DNA of 63,586 nucleotides, filler included, from an uncultured Synergistales bacterium (GTDB lineage Bacteria; Synergistota; Synergistia; Synergistales; Aminobacteriaceae), in assembly GCA_937897575.1 (NCBI GenBank). It is 6 parts of 6 records of this genome, joined end to end, with 100 filler letters (N's around TTAATTAATTAA, not from the genome) between each part and the next. Parts side by side here need not be neighbours in the genome. Positions count along the whole stretch, not along the records: positions 15,454 to 30,752 come from CALCQG010000019.1; 5 more parts are not named here. One strand, given 5' to 3'. The translations under genes and the position numbers were made by a program. Within the stretch, counting starts at the first letter, position 1. Each line of letters starts with the position of its first letter. This document shows positions 18,085 through 27,825 of this stretch, in pieces. Under the pieces are notes generated by a model. The model had not been told where the DNA came from. It was given only the letters and a program-made list of their open reading frames with translations, and searched no databases.

Positions 18085-20031
18085 CTACCTCTTCTTCAGC
18101 ACGTCCTCGAAGGCCCCGGCGATGCCCTGACCGTCCAGTCCCATGGCGGCGTAGACGTCCTTCGAAGGGCCCGACTCGCCGTAGCGATGGACGCCCAGGC
18201 TCCGGAAGGGCGCGCTCAGGCCGAGCTCCGTCATGCGGGCGGCGAGGATAGACCCCATGCCGCTGCGGACAGAGTGGTCCTCGCAGGTGAGGATGGGGCC
18301 TCTGGCGGCGGCGCTTTTCAGGGCGCCGTCGTCGGGGACGAGGGGGGACGAGACGGAGTACAGGGCGACGGAGCGCCCTTTTTCGGCCAATAGGTCCCGC
18401 GCCGCGAGGGCTCTGTCGGCCATGGCCCCCAGGGCGAAGATCGTGCCGTCGCTTCCCGGACGGAGGAGGACCGCCTCGCCGTACCGGAAGGCGTACCCCT
18501 CGCCGAAGGCGGGCCGGCCGGACTCGTCCAGGAGGACGGGGATCTTGCTCCGCCCCATGGCGATGCAGACGCACCCCTGCTCGCCGAGGGCCCACCGTGT
18601 GGCCCTGTCCGTCTGGTTGGGGTCCGCTGGGACGACGAGACGCCACCGGAAGGTGTTGCGGAGCAGTCCGATGTAGTCGATGGCCTGATGGGTCATGCCG
18701 TCCTCGCCCACGTCGAGCCCCACATGGGTGAGGACCGTCTTGACGTTCGCCTCGTTGATGTCGTTCAACCGCTGCTGGTTGTACACCTCGGAGAGACCGA
18801 ACACGCCGAAATCCGCCCACAGGGCCGCTGCACCCGCTGTGGACGCCGCCCCCGCCATGGTGGCCGTGGCATGCTCCTGGATACCGGCCTGGATGAACCA
18901 CGCGGGGCATTGGGCAGCGAAGTCGGACGTCTTCACCGACGACGCCAGGTCGCAGTCGAAGACGAGCAGGGGTGTCCGCCCCTCGCGGCCGTAGTTCAGC
19001 GCCCCCACGTCGGTCAGGGCCGAACCGAAGGCGGAGCGGTTGTCCGTCTTCACCTCCGCCCCGTAGGTCCTCGGGATCCCGAGGTCAAGACAGGGGACGG
19101 TCTGCGGGACGGGGCGTCCCTTCGGAAGAGGTCCTTCGGCCCGCAGGCGCCGGACCTCGTCCAGGAGCGCCGGATCGCCGCCGAGCTCCTCCATGGCCTG
19201 CCGGTAGAGGTCGTCCTTCGGCGCCTTTCCGTGGTATTCGGGCGTTCCCTCCATGAAGGAGACGCCCTTGCCCATGACGGTCCGGCACAGAACGACTGTG
19301 GGGCGGCCGGCCATCGCGGCGGCACGAAGAGTACGGTAGAGGTCCTGGAAGGAGTGACCGTCGCACTCCATGACGGTCCACCCGTCGGCGCGCCAGAGCG
19401 TCGGGATGTCCGCCGGCATAACCTCGCTCACCGTTCCGGAGATCTGAATGTCGTTGCAGTCCACAACGACGACGATATTGTCGAGCCCCTCCTTCACGGC
19501 GACGCGCCGCGCTTCGGCGCTCTGCCCCTTCGTCTGCCCTCCGTCGCCCATGAGCACGTAGGTCCGCCCGCCGTTCTTTCTGCTCCGCTGGGCCAGAGCG
19601 AAGCCGACGCCAGCGGAGAGCCCCTGGCCAAGGTTGCCGCTTCCCCAGTCGATGCCGGGGACGGCGCGCTCAACGTGCCCCTGGAAGGGCGACCCGCACT
19701 GCCGGAAATGGGCGAGAGGGCCCGACGGGTCGAAGAACCCCCAGGCCGCCAGGGCCGCGTAGGCCCCCGGCGACGTGTGGCCATGGCTGATGGCCACATA
19801 GTCCCTGTCCACGTCGGAGCAGTTCTCCGGCGTGAGATTCGCGACGCCGTACACCGCGAGGTACATCTCCATGCTCGAGAGCGACCCGGCCGGGTGGCCG
19901 CTGTTGGCCGCCGTCACCATGGTCACCGCTTCGATCCGGCACTGCCGTGCCATCGCCTCGAGGGCCTTCACCGTGGCGTCCGGCAGAGTCTCCACCGGGA
20001 ATTTGGTCAATACGGGTACGGAACGGGTCAT
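18085..20031 (-). CDS. tkt: Transketolase
   Basis: SGHPAGSLS, SHGH, GNLGQGLS, TPP motif GDG...N, GIQEH, GEDGMTHQ. Confidence 0.93.
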   Translation of the reverse strand: MTRSVPVLTKFPVETLPDATVKALEAMARQCRIEAVTMVTAANSGHPAGSLSSMEMYLAVYGVANLTPENCSDVDRDYVAISHGHTSPGAYAALAAWGFFDPSGPLAHFRQCGSPFQGHVERAVPGIDWGSGNLGQGLSAGVGFALAQRSRKNGGRTYVLMGDGGQTKGQSAEARRVAVKEGLDNIVVVVDCNDIQISGTVSEVMPADIPTLWRADGWTVMECDGHSFQDLYRTLRAAAMAGRPTVVLCRTVMGKGVSFMEGTPEYHGKAPKDDLYRQAMEELGGDPALLDEVRRLRAEGPLPKGRPVPQTVPCLDLGIPRTYGAEVKTDNRSAFGSALTDVGALNYGREGRTPLLVFDCDLASSVKTSDFAAQCPAWFIQAGIQEHATATMAGAASTAGAAALWADFGVFGLSEVYNQQRLNDINEANVKTVLTHVGLDVGEDGMTHQAIDYIGLLRNTFRWRLVVPADPNQTDRATRWALGEQGCVCIAMGRSKIPVLLDESGRPAFGEGYAFRYGEAVLLRPGSDGTIFALGAMADRALAARDLLAEKGRSVALYSVSSPLVPDDGALKSAAARGPILTCEDHSVRSGMGSILAARMTELGLSAPFRSLGVHRYGESGPSKDVYAAMGLDGQGIAGAFEDVLKKR

Positions 20032-20082
20032 CCCTATCGCCTCCCTTGAATTCTTCGTTGATTATACCCGAGTCCGCCCATG

Positions 20083-20115
20083 AAAAAAGGGGAGGGATCA
20101 TCTTCCTCCTCCCCC
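20083..20115 (-). terminator. Intrinsic terminator downstream of alr copy 2
   Basis: Minus strand GGGGGAGG...CCTCCCC followed by T6. Confidence 0.6.
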
Positions 20116-20341
20116 GGTTTCCTTCGGACGACGGCCGGTCGCGGCAGCGCAGACTCGGGCACCTGGCTGTCGCGAGCGTATAGAGAGAACACATGGATTC
20201 ACAAAAACTCCCGATCCCGCATTCCCCGGCCACGCCCTGCCCTGGATGAAGAGGCCGCGCCCCGCTCCGAAAGGGCGAGAGGGACACGGCCTCCACCGCG
20301 AGCGCCAAAGCGCCAATGGGTTCTTTTCCGTCGGCACCCGA

Positions 20342-21451
20342 TCAGATGTAGACCCTCGGCACCCGTTTCGAAAAGGCGATGGGGACCTCATAATTGATCG
20401 TCCCGCGAAGGGCGCCGATCTCCTCCGGGGTGACGGCCTCGTCGCCCTGCCGGCCGACGAGCACGACCTCGTCCCCCACGTGCACGTCCATCCCCGTGAC
20501 GTTCGCCATGGCCTGATCCATGCAGATATTGCCCGCGAGAGGGACTCTTCTCCCGCCGATGAGAACCTTGACCTTCATGGAGAGCGCACGGGTGTAGCCG
20601 TCGGCGTACCCGACGGGAAGGACGGCGATCTGCTCCGTCCCCCTAGTCATGTACCGAAGTCCATACCCGATGCCGCTTTCGGGCGGCAGCGTTCTCAGGG
20701 CGGCGACCTCCGTCTTGACCTCGAAGGTGGGGAGCAGCCCGATCGGGCGGGGACACTCCTCCGACGGCCACATGCCGTAGAGGATCACCCCCGGACGCAC
20801 GCCGTCGAGGTACATATCGGGGCAGGCCAGGACGCCGGCGCTGTTGCAGGCGTGCCGAAGGGGAATGGGGATGCCGACCCGCTCGGCGGCGAGGAGCGCG
20901 CTCTTCAACCCTTCGAACTGATGCTTCGTGTAGTCGAGGCGCGCCTCGTCGGCGCAGGCGAAGTGCGTGTACATCCCCTCGATGTGAAGCCCTTTCAGGG
21001 CGATGAGCTCTTCAAGGACCTCGGGTATCTCCTCGGGCAGAAAGCCGATGCGCCCCATGCCCGTATCCACTTTGACATGGACGGGCGCCCTCTTCTCCTG
21101 TCTGATGGCCTCGGCGTTCAGTGCGCGGGCGAAGGATCGATCCGTCACCGTCGCCGTGATGCCCTGGCGGACATACTCCTGCACGGACCGCTCCGGCGAT
21201 GGCCCCAGGACGAGGATGGGCTCCGTGATGCCCCCGTCCCGCAGCTCGAACGCTTCGTCCGGGATGGCGACGGCAAACCGGCGGCACCCCGCCTCGACGA
21301 GAGCGCGGCTCGCGGGGATGGCTCCATGACCGTAGGCGTCCGCCTTCACGACGGCGATAACATCCGCCCTAGAGCCGACGTGAGCCCGGACGGCCCTGTA
21401 GTTCTCCGCGAGGTTCGAGAGCTTGACCTCCATTCTTGTCGCACGATGCAT
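20342..21451 (-). CDS. alr: Alanine racemase (copy 2)
   Basis: AVVKADAYGHG, KVDTGMGRIG, YTHFACAD, GIGYG, ICMDQ, GTINYE. Confidence 0.94.
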   Translation of the reverse strand: MHRATRMEVKLSNLAENYRAVRAHVGSRADVIAVVKADAYGHGAIPASRALVEAGCRRFAVAIPDEAFELRDGGITEPILVLGPSPERSVQEYVRQGITATVTDRSFARALNAEAIRQEKRAPVHVKVDTGMGRIGFLPEEIPEVLEELIALKGLHIEGMYTHFACADEARLDYTKHQFEGLKSALLAAERVGIPIPLRHACNSAGVLACPDMYLDGVRPGVILYGMWPSEECPRPIGLLPTFEVKTEVAALRTLPPESGIGYGLRYMTRGTEQIAVLPVGYADGYTRALSMKVKVLIGGRRVPLAGNICMDQAMANVTGMDVHVGDEVVLVGRQGDEAVTPEEIGALRGTINYEVPIAFSKRVPRVYI

Positions 21452-21488
21452 AGGGTATCTCCCCCTCCGTCACAGCTGTCACAATGAA

Positions 21489-21516
21489 CGGAAGGGGCGG
21501 TCGCCCGCCCCTTCCG
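21489..21516 (-). terminator. Stem-loop between the symporter and alr
   Basis: CGGAAGGGGCGG-TCGC-CCGCCCCTTCCG, 12-bp stem with a weak U-tract. Confidence 0.5.
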
Positions 21517-21549
21517 ACCGGTACCTAACTCGGGAACAGAGCGGTGAGC

Positions 21550-22944
21550 CTAGATCTTCAGCTCGCCCGAGTGCCGCTTTCTGTCGAAATCCTTGACGAG
21601 CCGCCTCATCTCCCCCGAGAGGATGAGCAGGGCGATCAGGTTGGGCAGCGCCATGAGGCCGTTGAGGGTGTCCGAGAGGTCCCAGATGTTGGACAGGAAC
21701 GCGGCGCCGTCGCCCAGCAGAACGCCTCCGGCTGCTCCGACGAGCACGATGATGATCCAGAGGGTCTTGTAGATCGGAGTGATCTTCTGTCCGAAGATGT
21801 AGATGCCGCAGGTCTCACCGTACCAGTACCATCCGAGGATGGTGGAGAAGGCGAAGAGGGCGAGCCCCACGGAGAGGATCATGGTCCCCACGCCGCCGAG
21901 GACCGAGGAGAAGGCCGTGAGGGAGAGTTTGGCGCCGGAGAGCTCGGGCTGCGAGGTCAGAACGCCGCTCGTCAGGATGGAGAGGGCCGTGAGGGTGCAG
22001 ATGACAAGGGTGTCCACGAACACCTCGAACAGGCCGTACATGCCCTGCCGGACGGGGTGGTCCACCACGGCCGTGGCGTGCACCATGGGCGCGGAGCCGA
22101 GGCCGGCCTCGTTGGAGAAGACGCCCCGGGCGATGCCCTTCGTGATGGCCAGCTTGACGGACCATCCTGCGACGGCGCCCGGTATGGCCATAGGATCATT
22201 GAAGGCGTACTTGATCGCCATTCCGAAGGCCTCGGGGATTCGCTCCGTATGCATGAAGACCACGATGAGCGCCCCGACGATGTAGAAGACGGCCATGAAG
22301 GGGACGAGGTACGTGGTCACGTCGGAGATCCTCTTCAGGCCGCCGATGATCACGAGGCCGGTCAGGATGGCGATGATGATCCCGGTCCAGAGGGGAGGAA
22401 CTCCGAAGCCGAGCTGGAAGCCCTCGGCCGTGGAGTTGGCCTGGACGGCGCACCCGATGCCGAAGGAGGCGAAGAAGCCGAAGAAGGCGAAGAGCCAGGC
22501 AAGCCACTTCTGGTTGGCGCCCTTCTCCAGGATGTACATGGTGCCGCCGCGCCAGTTGCCCTTCTCGTCCTTCTCACGGAACCGGACGGCAAGCGTGACC
22601 TCCGACATCTTCGTCGTCATGCCGAAGAAGGCCGAGAACAGCATCCAGAACATGGCGCCCGGACCGCCGAGGTGGAGGGCCGTGGCGACTCCGGCGATGT
22701 TGCCCGTTCCCACCGTGGCGGCAAGGGCAGTGGAGAGCGCCGCGAAGGAGGAGATGCTTCCCTCTCCCTCTTTCTTCTTGCCGAGATTACCGAACACTTC
22801 CTTGAATGAAAGGAAAAAATACCGAAGCTGCGGGAAAGCCAGGACCAACGTAAGATATATGCCCGTCCCTACGATGAGGGACAGCATCCAGGGACCCCAT
22901 ACTATGCCGTTGACAACGCCGTTGATCCTCATAATGGCATCCAT
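21550..22944 (-). CDS. Alanine/glycine:cation symporter (AGCS family)
   Basis: LAATVGTGNIAGVATA, GGPGAMFWM, RGVFSNEAGLGSAP, FVDTLVICT, MALPNLIAL. Confidence 0.95.
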   Translation of the reverse strand: MDAIMRINGVVNGIVWGPWMLSLIVGTGIYLTLVLAFPQLRYFFLSFKEVFGNLGKKKEGEGSISSFAALSTALAATVGTGNIAGVATALHLGGPGAMFWMLFSAFFGMTTKMSEVTLAVRFREKDEKGNWRGGTMYILEKGANQKWLAWLFAFFGFFASFGIGCAVQANSTAEGFQLGFGVPPLWTGIIIAILTGLVIIGGLKRISDVTTYLVPFMAVFYIVGALIVVFMHTERIPEAFGMAIKYAFNDPMAIPGAVAGWSVKLAITKGIARGVFSNEAGLGSAPMVHATAVVDHPVRQGMYGLFEVFVDTLVICTLTALSILTSGVLTSQPELSGAKLSLTAFSSVLGGVGTMILSVGLALFAFSTILGWYWYGETCGIYIFGQKITPIYKTLWIIIVLVGAAGGVLLGDGAAFLSNIWDLSDTLNGLMALPNLIALLILSGEMRRLVKDFDRKRHSGELKI

Positions 22945-23157
22945 ATCGTTGATTCCCCCTTGTCACCTTTTCCGGTGTATGAAAATCTGTTCCGTGCAAT
23001 GCATGAAACACTTTCCATATGGATAGAGATACAAGACGACAACAGGACCGGACGCTCTGGTTCGGCTCGGCGGCTCACCTCCTCCGGCAGATTCGTACAA
23101 CGCTCTTTTCTTCACATACGAACGGTCATATTATACTACGAAAGGGAGCAATTCCAG

Positions 23158-23202
23158 AAGGAAAGGGGAGAAAATATCCTGCATTCTCTCCCCTTCGCCT
23201 TC
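23158..23202 (-). terminator. Stem-loop ending the grd operon
   Basis: Long imperfect inverted repeat (AAGGGGAGAAAAT...ATTCTCTCCCCTT) right after the grdD stop. Confidence 0.6.
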
Positions 23203-23213
23203 GATGTATCCGA

Positions 23214-24361
23214 TCAAATATATCCGTTGTTCGCCAGGATCTCCTTCGCCCTGTCCATATGGCGCGCCGGGATCTTCACTACGGGGCCCGTGCACCCCAT
23301 GGACGATTCGGCGTACACCCCCTCCTTCCAGAGGGCCTTCACACCATCCTCGATGGAGAGCACATCTATGCCGTGGATCTCCTCGTCCGTCGGCTCCGCC
23401 GGCGGCGCCGTCACCGTCTCGCCCGCCTGGTGCTTCGGGGTGGCCGCCTCGAGGAGGTCCGCCAAACCGGCCCTCTTCGCCTCCGCAAGCTCGCTGGCGA
23501 CCTTGCCGGGCAGGTCTCCGGCGGCCGCCTGCGCCGTGTACTCGATGGCGTTGGCGATCACGGGTGCTCCCGAGGCGCGGGAGATGATGGAGATGACCTT
23601 CTTCCACCCCTCGCCGGCGAGGGGCCGTACCCCCAGCCGAGGGACTCGTAGCTCCCCCCCGTCGTGAAGGACGAGAAGAGCTTCATGAGCACGTTGCCCG
23701 TGAGGGTGTCCGTCACGCACACGTCCACCGCCCCCGCGAGGATGTCGTTCCCCCGCAATATGGCGCCGCCGTCCTTCCGGACGCTCGCCCCGAAGACGAT
23801 GGGATAGCCCCGCTCCTTCATCTGGTTCAGCACCTTGTAGGCGATCTGGGCGCCGTCGACGTTCAGGATGCCCACCGTGGGGTTCGGCACGCCGATGGCC
23901 TTCGCCGTGGCGATGCCGTACAGAGTGTTCCGCACCATGGACTCCACGCGGACCGTCGAGGACGTTCCTGTGGAGGACGCCACGATCATGGGCCGTCCCC
24001 TGCCGGGGGTCACGACCCGGCCGATGGTGGTCACGCCCAGAGGAAAGGGGTAATGGAGCGCCACGGCACCGGCTATGCGCCCTTCGGACAGGGCCTGCTC
24101 CATAGCCTTGGCCACGTCCTCCTCGCACGCCGGCGTCTCGATCCACGACAGGTCCTCGAAGCCGGGGAGCCTGGGCCCGATCATCACGGGCTCCACCCGG
24201 CCGGAGGCGTCGCGGGCGAGACGGGCACCCATGGCGAGCTCCTCGGGGCCGAGCTCGCTCCCCATGGCCATGAGGCCCACGGAGACCTTCGGCCCCCCTG
24301 TTCGGGCGCCCTGGACGATATCGGCCAGGGCCTCCCCAATGATTTTCTTCATGTCGGACAT
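23214..24361 (-). CDS. grdD: Glycine reductase component C alpha subunit GrdD, frameshifted near 23612
   Basis: The first frame (MSDMKKIIGEAL...HYPFPLGVTTIGRV...GGSYESLGWGYGPS) continues in another frame (GEGWKKVISIISRASGAPV...YAESSMGCTGPV). One base appears to be missing. Confidence 0.88.
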
Positions 24362-24376
24362 CGAATGCACCTCCCG

Positions 24377-25909
24377 CTACGAGAGTTTTTCCGAGAGCTC
24401 GGAGAGGACCTCGAGAAGAAGATTTTTGACGTCCTCCTTCGACAGGGCGCTCACCGTCGCCTTGCCCGCCGATGGCGGTTCCAGGAGGAAGGACGCCCCG
24501 TCGGCGAGGTTCGTGAGTCTGGCGAGGAAGAGGCTTCCTTTGCCGATGATCATGGCCCGCTTCATGGAGCCCGCCCTCAGGGCGTCGCAGGCGTGCCCGA
24601 CATAGGGGACGCCCGACGGAATATGACCCTGGGTATGGGCGAAGCCGGGCAGGCCCCGCTCCTTCACGAAGGCCATCATGTCCGCCTTCTCGATAGCCTT
24701 CTTGGTCACGGCCAGAGCGGCGGTCATCTTGATGTTGGCCAGGGGCACATCGCCCGCCCCGGCCGGCAGGGTGATCTCGTTGATGTGCAGCTCGGCGGCG
24801 TACTTGTCCACGTCCATGAAGCCAAGACCGGCCCGCTCCAGCGGGTCGAGGATGAGGGCGGTGGTCACGGCCTGGGGCGACGAGCCGGCGCCGACGCTGT
24901 GCTTCCCGAGCACGTCGAGGCGCATCACGGGGTTCGTCCTGTCGTCGGGGACGAGCAGGACGGCGAAGTTCCCGAGGCAGTCCTCCAGGGCCGGCATCTG
25001 CTTCTTCACATGGTCCCGCCCGTTCATATAGAGCTTGGGGATAGCGCCTCCTGCGAGGACGACGCAGTTCTTCCGGGCGCCCGAGGCCACCTGTCCGGCC
25101 GCCGTGATCATGGCGTTCACCGGCCCAGCGCAGAAGCTCCGGACGTCGCACCCGCTGGCGTTGACGCATCCGGCGATCTCGGCCACGGCCTTGGCGAAGT
25201 TGCCGCCGCCCCGCTGGTTCATATCGCCCGCCGCCTCCTCGGAGCATTCGACGATGAAGTCCACCTCTTCAGGGGCGAGCCCCGTGTTCTTCAGAAGGTG
25301 CAGGAGAGCGAGGACGCCGCCCGCCTTGCAGGCGAGGTTTTCGAGGAGAACGTAGGCGAAAAGGCAGTCGTCCACCTCGTGTCCGTTCCGCGCGCACCCC
25401 ACGACATGGCCGCCGAAGTAGAGCGGGATAGCCTTCCGGTGCTCCGTCTCCTCGGCTATCTCGTCGGCCGTGTGTCCGGCCTCGAGGCGGGCGAGGAGAT
25501 GGTCGTTCATCACGGGGCTCCCGGCCAGCTTCCCGCGGACGGATGCGGCAAAGCCCTTTTCAAGCCAGATGATGTCGAAGACATCGCATATATCCAGAAG
25601 TCCGAGGAATTCGTCCTCGGGCATGATCTCCCCGTATGAGCCGTACCGGTCCGACCCGGCGAGCCGGTTGACGTACCACGGCTGAGGGGCCTTCTCCAGG
25701 TCGCCGATGGTCAGGCCTCCGATATAGGCCTGGTTGGGGGCGTAGTCCCGGGCATCCTCGTAGCTCTGCATATGAGACGGCAGCTCCTTCAGAAACTCCG
25801 TCTCGCCCTTCGCCTCCCTCTCGACGTACGGCGTGTTCCCGTAGTGGTATCCCAACTCCGGCGCGTGGTTGAGACAGTAGGCGTATCCTTTGATCCCGAC
25901 AGTGCTCAT
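24377..25909 (-). CDS. grdC: Glycine reductase component C beta subunit GrdC
   Basis: MSTVGIKGYAY start, ECSEEAAGDMNQRGGGNFAKA, RSFCAGP, TQGHIPSGVPY. Confidence 0.93.
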   Translation of the reverse strand: MSTVGIKGYAYCLNHAPELGYHYGNTPYVEREAKGETEFLKELPSHMQSYEDARDYAPNQAYIGGLTIGDLEKAPQPWYVNRLAGSDRYGSYGEIMPEDEFLGLLDICDVFDIIWLEKGFAASVRGKLAGSPVMNDHLLARLEAGHTADEIAEETEHRKAIPLYFGGHVVGCARNGHEVDDCLFAYVLLENLACKAGGVLALLHLLKNTGLAPEEVDFIVECSEEAAGDMNQRGGGNFAKAVAEIAGCVNASGCDVRSFCAGPVNAMITAAGQVASGARKNCVVLAGGAIPKLYMNGRDHVKKQMPALEDCLGNFAVLLVPDDRTNPVMRLDVLGKHSVGAGSSPQAVTTALILDPLERAGLGFMDVDKYAAELHINEITLPAGAGDVPLANIKMTAALAVTKKAIEKADMMAFVKERGLPGFAHTQGHIPSGVPYVGHACDALRAGSMKRAMIIGKGSLFLARLTNLADGASFLLEPPSAGKATVSALSKEDVKNLLLEVLSELSEKLS

Positions 25910-25988
25910 CTCGTGCCTCCTCCTTCTTCCCTCCGTATGGAAGGGGCCCGGGGCAAGCCCGGGCCCCCTGAACCGCACTGCTGGCCGA

Positions 25989-27296
25989 TCAGTCGTTGAA
26001 GACCGTCTGATCGGTTATCTCCGTCTGCAGCGCCTTGAGGGAGCGTTCCACAAGGCGGCGCCGGATCTGCTTCTCTTCCTCCGCCGTCTTGGACGGATCG
26101 CCAAGGGGGTGAGGAATGGCCACAGCGGGGATGATCCTGTTCGCCCCGACCGTCAGTGATATGGGCACTATGGTGCACACGTGCACCACGGGCAGCCCCG
26201 CTCGTTCGATCTCCTTCACCATCGTTGCACCGCAACGAGTGCAGGTGCCTCAGGTGGAGGTGAGGATGACGGCCGTCACGCCGTCGGCGATGAGCTTGCG
26301 GGCGATCTCGGCCCCGAATTTCTTCGCGCTCGCCACGGCTGTTCCGTTGCCCACCGTGGAGTAGAACTTGTTGTAGAGCTTCTTGAAGACGCCCTCTTTC
26401 TCCATGTCGCGGAGGACGTCCACGGGCAGGACTCTGTCGGCGTCCTGGTCGGCGTAGGTCGCGTCGTACCCGCCGTGGGCGGTGCAGAAATCGTCGCACG
26501 TGAGGTCCTTCACGTCCGTGATGTCATACTCGCCGAATTTGCTGGCGCTGGACGCCTCGATGTGGTCCGGGTTCCCCTTCGGGCAGATGCCGCCGGAGGT
26601 GACCAGAGCGATGGTGGCGTTCTTCATGTCCTTCACCGCCGGGTTGGGTGGCACCCGGTCGAACACGGGCATGGGGTACTCCGTCACAAAGGGTTTGCCC
26701 TGGAGTTTGGCGACGAACATGTCCACGGCGCGCTCCGCCGCGAGTTTATCGTAAAACTTGTTCTTGCGGATGCCCCGCTCGATGTACCCCTCCTCGGCAG
26801 GCGTTCCAAGCGTCTCTCCCTTGAGGAGTTTGAGCACGAGCTTCGCCATGGCGGGGATGGCTTTGCGCATTCCCACGGCGCTGTCGGGCGTCTCGACGAT
26901 GTAGAAGCTCTTCTTGTACATCTCCACGCCCGGGTTCTCGGGGTACATGCCCGAGACGGCGGGGATGCCGAGGTTCTTCATCACGGCCTCGCAGATGGCG
27001 CCGCAGGCCGTGCCGTACCGTCCGGCGTTGAAGGCCGGGCCGGCCACGACGGCGTCGGGCTTGTACTGTTTCATCATCTCGAGGATCTCGGCGGAGGCTT
27101 GCTCCATGTTCGAGGCGAAGTAGGAGTCGCCGCAGATCACGGTGGCGACCACCGTAGCCTCGGAGCCGAGGGCGCCCTTCAGGGCCATTCCAGGCCCCAC
27201 CACGCCCTCGCGGATCTCGGGACGGATGTCCGCCTTCTCTTCACCGCCGATGCCGGCGTAGAACTGGTTGATGTAATGCACGATCCGGTAGGACAC
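25989..27296 (-). CDS. grdB: Glycine reductase selenoprotein B GrdB (Sec at TGA 26252-26250)
   Basis: RIVHYINQFYAGIGGEE...VILTST-TGA-GTCTRCGATMVKEIERAG. Readthrough of the in-frame TGA joins ORFs 26250..27302 and 25989..26222 and restores the UxxC motif. Confidence 0.95.
26222..26238 (-). promoter_or_regulatory. Putative SECIS hairpin of grdB
   Basis: TCGTTGC-GGT-GCAACGA perfect 7-bp stem beginning after an 11-nt gap 3' of the Sec UGA. Confidence 0.7.
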
Positions 27297-27313
27297 AGAC
27301 ACTCCCTCCCCTC

Positions 27314-27790
27314 TTACAGGGTATACTTGCTGAACTGTGCCCGAATCCCGCTCACAGCCTCTGCCAGTGCGTCCGGTTCAAGCACCATCTCCATCATGCT
27401 GATCTGCTCTTCCCATGCGGCAGCGTCGCACTCGTCGCGGATATCCTGCTCGAAAATGTGGTATACGGGGAGTCCAGACTGGACTCCTGCCAAAGGACCT
27501 GCATAGGTGGGATCTCCGTTGGACACCGTTTCGGCGTAGATTTCTGCGCCTTCGGCGTCGGAGGACCCCAGGATGACGACCACGTTCTCCGGGCCGTACT
27601 TTTCAACAGCGTCAAGAATGCGCTGCTGATTCTGCAGATCCATGGCTCCTGCGGCCGTTCAGACGAAACACTCGGTCACGGAGAAGACGATCTCGGCACC
27701 GCTGTCCTTGAGGCATGCCTCCATCGCCGGTCCGGGAACGCCGTCTCGCTCACCGAGAAGAAGAAGCTTTTTTCCCGCGAGTTTCCCCAT
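27314..27790 (-). CDS. grdA: Glycine reductase selenoprotein A GrdA (Sec at TGA 27661-27659)
   Basis: [23 protein letters not shown]...[21 protein letters not shown] (CxxU); 158 aa with readthrough; GGAGG SD. Confidence 0.96.
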
Positions 27791-27825
27791 AGAGTTGCAC
27801 CTCCTTTATGATTCGTGCTGTTCTG

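Noticed and set aside
23214..25247. 677-aa ORF overlapping grdC and grdD
   Set aside because: Only its last ~130 codons are meaningful (the GrdD C-terminus after the frameshift); the rest is an alternate-frame shadow.
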